A stretch of 64,000 bases of DNA from Massalongia carnosa (taxonomy: Eukaryota): assembly GCA_965645245.1 (NCBI GenBank), contig OZ287073.1, positions 1,116,001 to 1,180,000 of the forward strand. The letters run 5' to 3'. The notes under the pieces were generated by a model, which saw nothing but the letters and a program-made list of their open reading frames with translations, was not told where the DNA came from and made no database searches. Position numbers and translations under genes: made by a program. Below are positions 51,401 to 63,900 of the stretch, in pieces (positions within the stretch are counted from its first letter, which is position 1; every line of letters starts with the position of its first letter).

Positions 51401-52747
51401 GTGAGTACTCTATAGTTCGAAAGAATACGATGTTTCGCTAGAGTTAATGAGGCTGGACAGCGCTCCCTATCGAGGGCTTCAGGCATTGACTCGAGCGGTA
51501 AGAAAGATAAGCTTCGAAAGAGGCATAAAGGAGTATGCATCTAGATCGTGAAGCCTACTAGCGCAAGTTTTAAGTCGGGTCAGAAAGATCTATGTTCACC
51601 ACAGCCGCATAAATGCATACTCACTTCAGCCAACAGTTACTTCCGCAAGCATAGATGTGCATACGCAGGCGAATCAACAGCGAATTCTTGTCTTTTGCCC
51701 TCCGACTTCAATGTCATTTTCATGGTAATCTTGGAAATGGTTCGAGCGCTCGAAAGGCTATTAGCATCCGTGAAGTCCCAGTCAGCTGCAAGAGCTTGGC
51801 GATAGCCTTCGTTTCATGGTCCGTCATAGGTAGTATAGAGACTCTTTTCATACGTAGATACAGATACCCATTTTCATAACCAAGAAAAAGGCTAAGCGGT
51901 CAAGACGGCGTTGAAGTCTATTGCTGGCCATTTGCTCAAGGAAAGTTTGCAGGTACATGGTTCAATTTAGGCGCTGCGTCATATTTGGCAAGTCAACGCT
52001 TCTCACACCTGGTGGCTCATTCTCAGATCTCCACTCGTATCAGGATAAAAAGTACGGACTCAAAGGCCACTTGAGGTGAGACTGAATGCTTCACCGCTTC
52101 GATATGTGAAAGCTATGCCACTAACTTAGGTATTAGATTTCCTCTCGTTTCTTTTTGGCAGGCAGGCAAATTTCTTCCGGATCCTATTGTCTGCTGATCC
52201 GTGAGCCGCCGAGTAGATGGACCATCTCCCACCTTGCGCTTTGCATCAGATCTGGGGGATCTATTAAAAATTCAACTGCATTTGACAAGCGAATGATACG
52301 GACCAAACAAATAAAATCAGGTAACATGTATGCAGATGTTAGCCCAGTAGAAATTAGGAACAGAGTCGGTACAGCCTTGATCCACAAATAACTCCTCATC
52401 CTTCAGCTACAATGCATTTTAGAATGTAGTGGTTTCATCCTTACCGGTCGACTTGCAGAGATCCATAAGGACAGGAGCCTAGGTATTTTAGTTCTTACCT
52501 GTCGCAACACCTGACAGCATGAGGATATCCTCATGTTATTCATCAAGCTGATGCCAATGGTTCGATTCAATATCGGTGTTTGTTGCGCGTAAAAAACAAA
52601 AATTAAATATTTATATTTTAAATTTAAAACTTTAGAATTGTGATTGACTTCAGGACCAACCATAGAAAGACCGAGCACGATTCAATGTCGTAAAAGTTCA
52701 TCCTTGCAGCGATCATCGAGGGTGGTTAGTGTAACTAACTAACCCTA

Positions 52748-54891
52748 TCCCTTCGTCTGGCAATTTGGCAGCCATTTAGGTCAATTTTACACGCGCCGTC
52801 TCCGGGTAATGACTAATAACTTTAATCTGGCCAATCAGATTTTCCCTTTTCAACGATAATGGGTACAACACCTCAATCACCCCTCATGATCTATGTAAAA
52901 TTTCCCAACATGCCTCCTTTTTGCAACATGGTCCACAGCTCTTACATTGCCATCTGGTCTGACTTGCACGTCGTCTTTTGGTGCAATTTTCATCAATTTC
53001 CGCAAGTGGTCGGCGTCGTTTGAGTCTTGGCACTTGCCTTTTGCAGGCCAAACAATAGTCCTTCTTATTCAAATGCTCCCATTTGCAAGTTGACTCGACG
53101 TCTTTACTAACGTCTTGATTAGTAGTAACTATGACATCTGTCGGACGTTTCTGTAGGGCACCGGCTTGATTGGATAGTAGGGCATTTACTATTTCTTTTT
53201 GAAAGTCCAAATGGCTGAGTGTTGAATTCGGATACAGAATTCTCCATAATTTGAAGGCATTTAGAACGGCTGCATCCAGAAGAAAGATGAAAATTGACCA
53301 CCAGTAGCGACGATCAGATCTTTGAGGTGAATAATATGCTCTTTGCTGAGCATTCCCATCTGACCCGCCCATGTGCTGGTTATATTCCACGATGGGCATG
53401 GGAAATGGAAGCTTTTCTTCTTCTTCATCATCAACGATGACTCTGGAATTTGCAGGAATTCCATGACGTCGACGGGAATTCTTGTAGAAAGAAGTCTTCA
53501 AATCCTCAATTGTATGAACCGTGGTCATGAATTGCACGGTGTTTAAATCCACCCATGCCATACACAGAATGTCCCCGTCATCAATGTTTGATTTTTTACT
53601 TTTATTTGCAGGTACCGTCATCAATGCCTTCTTTCCCCAGTCCTTATTCTTGGTGGCTGCAACCCTCAGACGTAGAAGATCAACAGGAAAACCGCATCCT
53701 GATTTAGCCGTCCCACAGGCACCAATTCCAATGGTTTTCAGAGCTTTGAATAGCTTCGTATTTGTGAAGAAGTTGTCCAGAAAGATGACGTATTTCAAGC
53801 CTTCATCAGACGGTAAACTTCGAGCCAGTTGAATGACGACTAGGGAGGAAGGAGACAAATCCCATTTGGTTGTCGGAAATTTCAATTGTCCAGGCGTTTT
53901 TAACTCACTAATTTTGGACACCTGTCTTGCAATTAATTAGTACGATGCAAATTGAGGCCTTTTCTACTCACCTTGGAGGTAAATAAGAAGTCAAAAAGAT
54001 AATTATCCTGACATAAACTATAGATTTTGAAGCCTACACCAGCCGCCTTGGTGGCTATTTGCATAGTATGGCAGCTCCTACCCCTGAATAAAATCAATTG
54101 CTTGTCAACTGACACATGACTTCCAGGAATCCAGTATTTCTTTGATGCTTTTCGAAAGTCTGTGGCCAATGGTTCCAGCTTTTTCCACCAGTCAGGGCCT
54201 CGAGTATCAATGATCTCATCTTCGTCGGGGTTGGATATCTTCAAAAATCGCTTGAGTTGCTCCCATCTTCGAAGACTCATGGCTTGAATCACCATGTCAT
54301 GTATGGCAAATTTAGGAGACGTGTTCCAATAGTCAGTAAGACGTGGCATCAGTGTATACCCCATATATAACAGAATTCCCAGAAAAGCTCCTACTTCAGA
54401 AGAAGAGGTGTCATGCCATTGACGTCTCTTGATGTCGTTTAGGGCATACTTCTTTTTCGCTTTAAGATTGGTGTTTTTAGCTATGATTTCAAGCATTTCA
54501 AAGCTAAAGAAGAGGCAGAATAACTGAAAGGAGTCTGATTTATCAAGCGCAACGTCTCGTCCGGCTGTGGTTTTCGAAATGGGATCGAAATTGGACAATA
54601 ATTTGATGACGGAGGGGGCATGGAGTCAATTATGCTTTGTACGCTGGGTTTATTCTTTTTGGCCTGTTCTTTCAGAATTGAGGGGGGCAAAGCGTCTGAT
54701 TGGTCAGGAACTTCTATCTCAATGCCTCTCATGATTATTCTAAAGAAATTGTAGATGTTTTAATGATTTTCAACTGATGTTTACCTTCTTATTTACAAAA
54801 AAGGGGAAGAATTTTTTGAAGTTCGCGACTCAGCCCTACGGTATCTCACTAAGCCTATTTAAGGTGGCTGCCAAATTGCCAGACGAAGGGA
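52748..54891 (-). mobile_element. piggyBac-like DNA transposon, copy 2 (inverted, near-identical to copy 1)
   Basis: Same 27-bp TIRs; TA at 52746-47 and 54892-93. Reverse complement of 44409-46555 with a handful of differences. Confidence 0.9.
52884..54732 (-). pseudogene. piggyBac transposase, copy 2 (same intron and frame discontinuity)
   Basis: ORFs 54481-54732, 53933-54598 and 52884-53921 match copy 1 except E/D, +E, R/Q and N/S. Confidence 0.8.
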
Positions 54892-55977
54892 TACTGTATT
54901 TTAAGAAATTTTTTCGCTTGAGGCTTGGCTTCCGTAGATTGGAGGCGTTCTTGCACAAGGATTTTCGTTGGAGATTTTCATAGCCTCATTCTGTCTACTG
55001 CCAAAAGGTACCATAAGGTATTATACGCTGTGTACGAGTATCGAGCAGGTACTCTGTAGATAGTAGTGCTTCGCCTACAGACTTGATATGTGGGATTTTT
55101 AGACTCCCATGAAGCCATGAAGCATGAACATAAAGGGAATCAAGGTACAATGGCGATGATGCCAATGGCGATGATCGGTTGAAAAAACCTTGCAGAGATG
55201 CTGGAGGATAGAGATCATGTGATGGCGATTGTCGGTTGGATGCCCCTTTCCCAATTAGGCTTAACCACCTCGACACCTCGAACTGGACACAGCGTTTGGT
55301 AAGGTAAGGTAAGGATGGGATGATACGGTATGTACTAGTACGAGTACGGAGTACTGTAAGTATAGTACCTGCAGCGGAAGGTTCCATCTCTCGCATTCCA
55401 CAAATCGCTAGTCCGAGTCGAGTCAAGTGGACATTCTGATGGAATAACGCAGCCAATCAAAGCGTGCATATTTGGCGGCTTTTAGTGTTTCGAAATTGGG
55501 AGTGATTTGGCGTTCCTCTCTCCAGAGTACCCTGTCACCTGTACATCAGTACGGAGTTGTTGGCGCTTGGTCATCGTCCGGCGTTAGCCATCCATCCCTC
55601 CACTAACTGCTCACTCGGACGGTTCTCCTTGGGGTGCGAAGCCTAGAAGGACAATCTCTCGAAAGACGATCTCTCGCTGGCTTCGATGAACGAGAGGCTT
55701 GACTCGTGACTGTTGGCTCTTTACAGAGTAGTTATCAATCTCTCCATTGCCAATTAATTCGCCTAACCTGGCGTAGTCAACCACCACAACCACCCTTCGC
55801 TCAAATCTCGAACGAAGCACAAGCCTCCTTTCCTTCTCCGTCCTTCTCAAGCATTAGCCACTTGGCACTGATCACTTGCGTACGCGCGCGTGCGAGATGG
55901 ATCGCCGCATCGGATGAAGCACCCTATCTACCTCTACCTTACCCCATAACTACCCGAGTCATGACGGCTCCTTAACC

Positions 55978-58900
55978 ATGGACTATGGACGCCAGACCAA
56001 GCCTGAAGGGGCGTCTATGCTCCCTGTTCACCCTCACTTCACCTTCTCCTCATCCGCACGCACGAAGCCATTCGCTACCCCATCCATTGACGTGCCATCT
56101 TTCTCCGCTTTCCAGGCCCAAACATCACGGGTCAACGCGCCGTCCCCCGTGCGAAGGAAACCTTTACCCTTATCCGCATCGCCCATCATCCACAGAATAC
56201 CGTTGTCCTCGGGAGGACGTATCATTGCTGTAGGGGAGGAGGACTCGACACCTTACCATCGGACATCCGGTGAGCAAGGGTCGTCGTCGTCGACGGATCC
56301 AATACCATCTGCACTGCCGCCTTCAAGCATTTCCCCACCCCTAGTAGTCCGTGATCTTGACCAGTAGGCCTTTCCTTCTCCAAGACGGATGTCCAATGCG
56401 TTGCGTGTGCGGTGTTTTCACTTCGCTAAAGTTCACTGCTGTACAGATTTCCCCGTGGTCATTCACCCCTTATCACCCCGAATCCTCAAACCGGAGCATT
56501 TCCCGCGGGTGAAACCAAGACTCAACCTATATCCCGGCAGGATTTGGATAACAGCAATTCCACACCCACACGCCTTCATCATGCCCGACTGGCGAGTGAT
56601 CCGTTAGCCCATGAATCCCCCAAGACTCATAGAGCCACGACCGGTGACGGCTTGCAAAGAGCGGCGACGATGACCACCCACCTGGGAGTACGGCCGAATG
56701 CCTTGCATATTCATGGAGACCAGCGATTGGTCTTCAATCCTGAAACTCAAGACCCGTCAGTGATCACGAAAACACCAAGGTCACCAGGGCCCAACAAACT
56801 CAGTTCATTCTTTGGGTGGAAAACGTCCTCCCCAATCGCCGAGGTTTCGCCCTCAACTTATTCCGGTCGCAGCAACTCACCAAACCCCTCGCCTGCCCCT
56901 TCGCTACCGCCCCACTCACCTCACAGCCTCCCGCCGTCTCACAAGCCTCTTCCTCGGGCAATTGACGTTCCGAAAGCCAATGCCGACATCAATGCAGCCT
57001 ACTTTGCAGACACGGGGTTTCCGCTCCCACCGCAAACCGGGTCGGCATCGGCACAAATTGCGGAGATGGATGAGGAATTACGGGAGGTCAGCTCAGAACT
57101 GGCCGGCTCCATTCGAAGAGAATTGGAGCTAGAAGACTTGGTGGACAAACTGCAACTGGAGGCCCAGCAGGGTCCAGAGTTGAGTCGCCGTACGAGTGAC
57201 TATTTCTCGGATTCAGGCACGAGCTCAATCCGATATCCTCTCAGCGAAGTGGGTGGCGCCAAGACAGACGATGTGGCAAAGTTGAAACGAATATTGGAGC
57301 AGGAAAAGGCACAGTTCAAACTCAAGATGTCACAAAAACTGCAGGATGAACGCACACGACGAAAGATGCTAGAGCAGCACATTCAGCAACTGGGTGATCA
57401 GCTTCAACATGTGGGTTCACGGATTGGGAAGGAGAAGGCAAAATCTAACCGTGTGCAGGTTGACGACGAACGAGCCAGATCATCTAACGTGGCTGGCCGT
57501 GTTCGAGATCTGGAAAACGCCCTGGACGACGTTCGCCGGCGGCTGCTGGAGGAACGACGAGGTAAGGAAAACTTGGAGGACTTACTCACTGCACTTCGGG
57601 ACGAAACCCAACAACATCGGGACGAGCGGGACAATCTTCGGGATGAAGTTGTGCCGCAGCTACAGGCTCGTGTGGATGGGCTTGAAGGGGAATCTTTGGA
57701 ATACCAGCAGCTTGCGTACGAGAACGCACGGATGCAGCAAGAACTGCAGTCCCTCAGAAATGTAAACCCTAATCAACAGCTGACGGACGAGAACGCGCGG
57801 ATGCAGCAAGAACTCCAGTCCCTCCGAAATGTAAACCCCAACCAACAGCTCATGGACGAGAATACACGGATGCAGCAAGAACTACAATCTCTCAGAAACG
57901 AAAACACCACGTTGATGAACGCGAGGAGGCTTCAGCTAGAAATGCAGCAAAACCCCCGGTTCACGTCGATTCCTGAGGAAGACAATCTCTCGCCGCTTTC
58001 ACCCGGGCTCAAGACGGACTTGACGAGATCCGACTCTGGTGCCCGACGAAACATTATGGATGGTTTGATTAAAGGAGGCGCGTTGGCAAGATCCACCTCA
58101 GTCTCGGTGAAGGAACGTGAGTCGAGGGAGTCGCTTGCGGATCGTGTGAAAGATATCGAGGTGCAACGTGACGCTCTACATACTGCCTTGAAAAGGCTTC
58201 TTGACAGGCAGAACTATCACGCGAACGAACACGACAAGAAAATCCGAGCGCTGGAGTTGGAGAGAGATCGTGCACTTCAAAACCACTCCCCTCGCAGAAT
58301 GGGGTATGAGAGAGAAGTCCTAAGAGGTGAGATCAGCCAGCTGCGACGGCGAGCCGATGACGCGTTGATGCAGAAATGGCAGTGTGAGAAAGGACTTAGC
58401 GGGTTGAAGATGGATCTCGATCGGGCAGAGCAAGAAACAAGTTCGTTAAGGAGCTTGTTGCAAGAACATGACATCCTCATTCCGGAGCCCCCGAATCGTC
58501 ATTCCCAAGAAATCGAAAATGGCTCGCACGCGACGTCGGCATCGCTCGAAAGGGCATACAAAGAACTACGGGCTACGCAGGCCTTGTCAATCTCGAAACT
58601 TCGCGAACTCTGGGGCGAAGCCCCATCCAGCGCCGACGACGCCGATACAGCCAAGACGATGGACTTGTTACTTAGGAGTATGTCGGATGCTGAGGCTGAG
58701 AGAGATTATGCCCAAAAGCAGGCCGAGCTGTACAGAGCTCAGGCCGAGTCGTTACAAGAAGCCGAGTCGTTCCATACCGGCGAGAATGCAGGTTTGGCCG
58801 ACCAGCTACGTGCCTCTGCCAGCCGAGTGGAACGTCTTGCTTCGCAGGTGCGGGTGCAACTAGAGGCGAATCGGGAACTCCGAGTCCGTCTTGCGGAAGC

Positions 58901-59467
58901 CATCGGAAGAGGCGAGAGGGAACAAAAGACCTCGGCCAGCAGAATCAACAGCATGCAAGGGAAGCTCAAAACTCTGGAGGACAAGCTTATGGTTGCGCAG
59001 CAACATTCGGAAGAAGCGTTCGCACAGCACGAGGAAGAAGTGCGGGAGCTTCACGAAAATCATAACATGCAGCTACAACGGCTCAAAGGTGGCTTGAGGG
59101 CCCCAACCATCTTCTCGCCTAAATCGCCCATATCACCGATGTTTTCGCCAAGGCTGGATAAAACAACGAGCGGAGCTGGCATGTCGATGACGGAGGCGCT
59201 GAGGACGCAGATTTTGGAGAGAAAGGTGGTGGAGTTGGAAGGCGCGTTGGGAGACGCCGATAAGGAGATGGAGGAGGTGGTCAGCAGGATGAACATGGCC
59301 CAAATTGAGGTTATGGAACTGCAATCCGCACGGTACGTATTAACATACCTTTAGGGGTGGATGTTACTGATTTGTGATGATGTAGGGATGAGGCCATGCG
59401 GCAAACGAGGAAGCTGCAGGCTGCCATCAACGCCGAGCGCGAGAAGGTCGATTCTCTCATGAAGTAA
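55978..59467 (+). CDS. Large coiled-coil protein of unknown function (multi-exon)
   Basis: ATG 55978, intron from ~56364. Long heptad-rich ORF (SELAGSIRRELELEDLV; RVKDIEVQRDALH; MEEVVSRMNMAQIEVMELQSAR). Last exon DEAMRQTRKLQ ends at TAA 59465-67. Confidence 0.8.
57720..57899 (+). repeat. In-frame 69-bp tandem repeat, ~2.6 copies
   Basis: Units start at 57720, 57789 and 57858 and encode ENARMQQELQSLRNVNPNQQLxD. Confidence 0.9.
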
Positions 59468-60980
59468 AAGGCTTCGGAGACGATATATGTGCTTACGAAT
59501 CTCGCCTATCTACATTCACGATTCACGTCAGCCTATGGATCTAACCCTCGTACATTTCCTGAGTGCAAGTTTGAGGAAGATGTTGCATTTCTGCCTACCA
59601 AAAGCGAACACGTTCCGCATCTCACAATTTTTAGAGCCAGATTTCAATCACCGCATCGCATCTGCAGAACCATTTGCGTTGGCGTCTATCGAGGCCTCTC
59701 GGCCCTCATTTGTTGGGCTTAGACTATGGATTTGGGGAAATTTGCTGCTACGCATCCGATTTGAGCCCTCTGATTCTTGTTTATGTTTTGTGTCTTTATT
59801 AATGAGCGAAACCACAAACGCCAGGGTCGACGGGGGAATGGAGAAGGGGAGTCTTAGGAATAAGCAAAACAGGAGATATAAAATCGGGCGTTTTATGGGA
59901 TTTGATTGAAGAGGGGGTGGAGCAAATGTTTCGTTTACAACCTACCTATCTACCTATCTACCTATCTTGATTTATGAGCAGGGGGGCCTTTTTTTTTACA
60001 TGTATGCATATTAGTTAGCATGACCATAGAATCCACAGAAAATGAGAGGACTTTGTCGAAGTCCTCCCCAAGTTACCTTATGCTCAGCTCCGCCCGACTA
60101 TCGTTGACATTGACATAGACACCTACACCTATTTCGTGACGTGGAAGGGGATTCAGATGAATCCATTGCTAACTTTTTTTTTTTTTTCTCCCACTCTTTC
60201 TTTCCCTCTCTTCATCCCTCCCATCCCTCCAGTCTCGAAACCCCACCCCACCCAACCAAAACCCGAGGACAGCTCATCCGTCCATTCCTCCTAGCGTTTA
60301 TCCCGGGACGGAATACGGAGACAAGACACCTTTTTTTTAAAAAAATATATATATATATTTGGTATATTTGTGGGATTTTTTGAAAGAAATAAAACTCGAC
60401 GGGGGGGGGGGGGCGTTTCCTCTTCTCGGGAACACTTTTTCTTGTTTATGACCCGGAGGTGGGGGGAAGGGGGAGAGATTTGAAGAGTTTGGGGATGGGG
60501 GGGCGGTTCTACTTTTTTTTCCGGCACAAGGTTTCGGCTCGGATTGGGGGTTGAGATGTGTTGATGGATGAGGGGATGGATGGGTGAATGCGTTAGGACG
60601 AGGAGGAGAGAGAGAGAGAGAGAGAGAGAGATTGGAACCCCCACTCCTTAAAAAGGTAGTTAAGAAGAAAGAAAAGAAAAGAACTCATGTTGCGGATAAA
60701 GCCCAAAGTGGATGTGAGGGGATTGGAAATTTTCCCAGAGCACGATAGCAAATAGCCCAACGGGACGGAATTGCAGATGCATCCTCCCTCCCCTTCTTTA
60801 CCCGATCCTTTCGCAAGCCTTCTGCCTCCTTCCAAAATCCCGAAATGTCATCCCCCTTGCCTTCAGCAGCCGGGACGAGGCACTTAGGACGAAACAATAA
60901 CAACCATGTATCCCCCCCATATTCCTACAGATCATATTCTGCCGTTGCCGCCACCACCACAAGCACCCTCATCATAACGC

Positions 60981-63900
60981 TGTAGGGGGGTGGAGCGGTG
61001 ATACTCTAAATTCAAATTGCTAGCGGTTCGGGAGTTGGTTCTTTTCGGTTGATACTCGGTAAAGGTAGCGGGGAAGTCAGGTGACAGTCTTTCTTTTAGT
61101 TTAGTTATAGATAGTTCTTTTCCTTATAGAGCAAGCATGCTCGTAGCAATAGCTACAACACATAGCATCAACACATACAGTTCACAGGCACGAGGCACGA
61201 GGCACGAGGCATACAGAGACCAATCTAGCTATTGTCCTTATTCTATTGTTCTGTTCTTCTCTTGTTTGTTTGTTCTCTTGCACTCCTAGCAGTAGTGGAC
61301 CACGCACACCACCCAGTTCATCCTTCCACATTTGGCGACCACGGTGCGATCTCTATTTGACCGGGAGCAGGAATCAAACGACGAGTCTAGACAGACATGT
61401 GAGACAGACAGTAGACTTACAGCGACAGCGACAGCGACAGGAAATAGCGACAGGAAACAGCGACAGGAAGCAGCGACAGCGTACAGATATCTAGAGATAG
61501 TGGAAAAACGACATACAGTGACCGGAGAATGACAGAAAGAACGGGGGCATCCATTTGACCCTGACAACGAGGCACGAACAGACCTCTCAAGAACGCGCGG
61601 ACTCGGACATAGCGACGGGACGACCCCATACAGCTTGCGACACGGTGGAGACGGTCTAGGTACTAAAAGAATTGACATCGAGACGAAGAAAGACGGAAAA
61701 GTGACGGCATTACGGACCGGACCAATCAGGAGCCTCGGAATTGCGACTCGGCAGTTGAAGTCGACAGACTAATCCCGTTTGAGAACATCGCCACATTTAG
61801 CGAATGCCTCAATGATTTAGCGACGGCGTGAGTGCGACAGTGGCAAAAATATAGTGTACCCACAGACATGGGGCCTGAGCGGTATCGCATTCCTGCTAGG
61901 AGATTAGCCAGCGTCGGGAACCGAGAGACAAAACGACACGGAGTAGACATAAAAGTAGCCTCATTTCCCTCCGATGGCAGAATAGCGCAGCCATTCCATT
62001 CTACCCATTCGTACAATTCATATCAAACTTCCTATTCACCAGTTGACAATACCGAGAGAGAAAGCAGAGCGCATTGCTATAACAGACAACGTCTGCATAC
62101 GGAGGCGGCACCAGCACCTCTGCACCACAGACATTTCGACCTACCTCCACCGTACCAGACACATACTTGTCCTTGTTTGTCATATCATTGTTTCGAGCCG
62201 ACTAAGCAAGCTCCTATTGGTCATTCGTCTGCAGGAGAGACGTATACTCATCATCCTGTTTCGCATTGTCATCAATACTATTGTCAGCCGAGTAGTCATA
62301 TCCCAACCTCTGACGACAAAGAAACAACTACCTCACAGCTGACAAAAATCGTTACAAACCTCATTCCTCTTCTTGAGCAACTTGTCATTAGCGTCCGAAA
62401 CACTAACGAGGCACGTACGCGAACTGATAGTCCTGCTCCACCTGCGAGCCGAGATAGTCCATCGACTATCATACCTACAACCGAAGGTCAACCTAGTCAC
62501 GAGGCAGAGAGCACCATGACCACACCATCGTCGACAAGCCCCGAGTCTTTTGGAAATAGACCAGCCATGTCCGCTGGACCCTTTGGATTTGTGATGACCA
62601 TGCCTCAACCAGGCACTCCTGGCACTCCATTCTTTCAAGGTAAAAATGTGTCGGAGTTCCTGAGTCGGTACGAGGATATGTGTGAGGACTATCATGTCGG
62701 AAACATTGAGAGGATTCGTAGGTTGCCCCGTTATTGCGACATGCTAATTGGCCAGACCATTGAGTCGCTTCCGGACTTTGTGGAGAGAAGATGGACACAG
62801 CTGAGCAAGGTGATGAAGAAAGAGTACAAGGCTGGCGATAGCATTCAGCAGGTGAATTCTCGACCGTTTCTGGAGTCATACAAGGACAAAGTACGCACTA
62901 GCGACGATGATGTGCGGAACTTCTGTCGGAAGTTCGGTGCCATATCCAAAGCCCTAATTAGTCAAGAGAAGCTAGACATTTACACACGAAATCAGTGGTT
63001 CATGCAAGGTCTTCCTGCTGACATACGCGAAGAGTTGTTCTTTCGCCGAGGTGTTGATTTCGACGATAATGTGATGAAGGACTTTGATGGACTGGTGAAA
63101 AAGACTCTGACACTAGTAGAGGCGAGAATGAAATATAAGGAGGTGATGCGGACCGAGAAGAGTGTAACCGATAAATATAGTGCTCTAGCCGACCAGTTCG
63201 ACAAAAAGATAGTGCTAGACGGTCATGAAAATATCATGAACTCGCTTAGTCCACCAGTAGCAGACTCGACTACTGTTAGCCTATCGAAGTCCACGGAGAA
63301 AACTATCATGGACCTGACCAATAAGTTCGATGCATTAGTCCTTGCCACCGGAGCTCAAATGCGACCGGCCAATCAGAATAGTCAGCAGAGTCAGCAGAGT
63401 CGGAACCGTTCCCAATCACCACATAGACAGTCATCCTATGACGGACAGAGACAACAGCATGACCATCAATATGGTAGCGACGAAAGCTGCAACTATTGTG
63501 GAGAGAAGGTACTGCATGACAGGCGAAGAGACTGTCCAGACTTCGACGCTGACCAAAGGAATGGTGTTATCCATCTGAATGAGAAAGGCCTGCTCTGTCT
63601 GGGACCGATGGGTACATATTCCAACCCAATTCGGCATTTACCGGGTGTGACACAAAAAGAGTCCATTAGACGTGCGAAGATGTTGGCCAATCAATTTAGT
63701 CAAGCTGGACAAAATGCCGAAGTGCACACGGTTCGAATAGGCGAGGATAGTGCAGATGACTTTTCTTCTGACGAAGAATGGGACCCGGAGGTGACGATCA
63801 TCGAACATACTACCTCTATCAACTCGGCTAGGACCGAAAACAATAAACCTGCTGAGGAGAACTGGAAAGAGCCGGCTAAACGAATTCTGAAACGCAGGGC

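Noticed and set aside
49600..52400. Possible relic secreted-protein gene on the minus strand (signal-like MRSYLWIKAVPTLFLIS..., intron-like signals near 50460-50550)
   Set aside because: Fragments have stops and frameshifts and match no family I can recognise; a homology search is needed.
44400..54900. Arrival of the whole piggyBac-bracketed block as one insertion
   Set aside because: A TA duplication cannot discriminate between the models, and a relic frame runs across copy 1, favouring independent insertions.
61186..61480. (GGCACGA)3 and (ACAGCG)n arrays as CRISPR-like repeats
   Set aside because: Short tandem repeats without unique spacers inside a retroelement leader; eukaryotic context.
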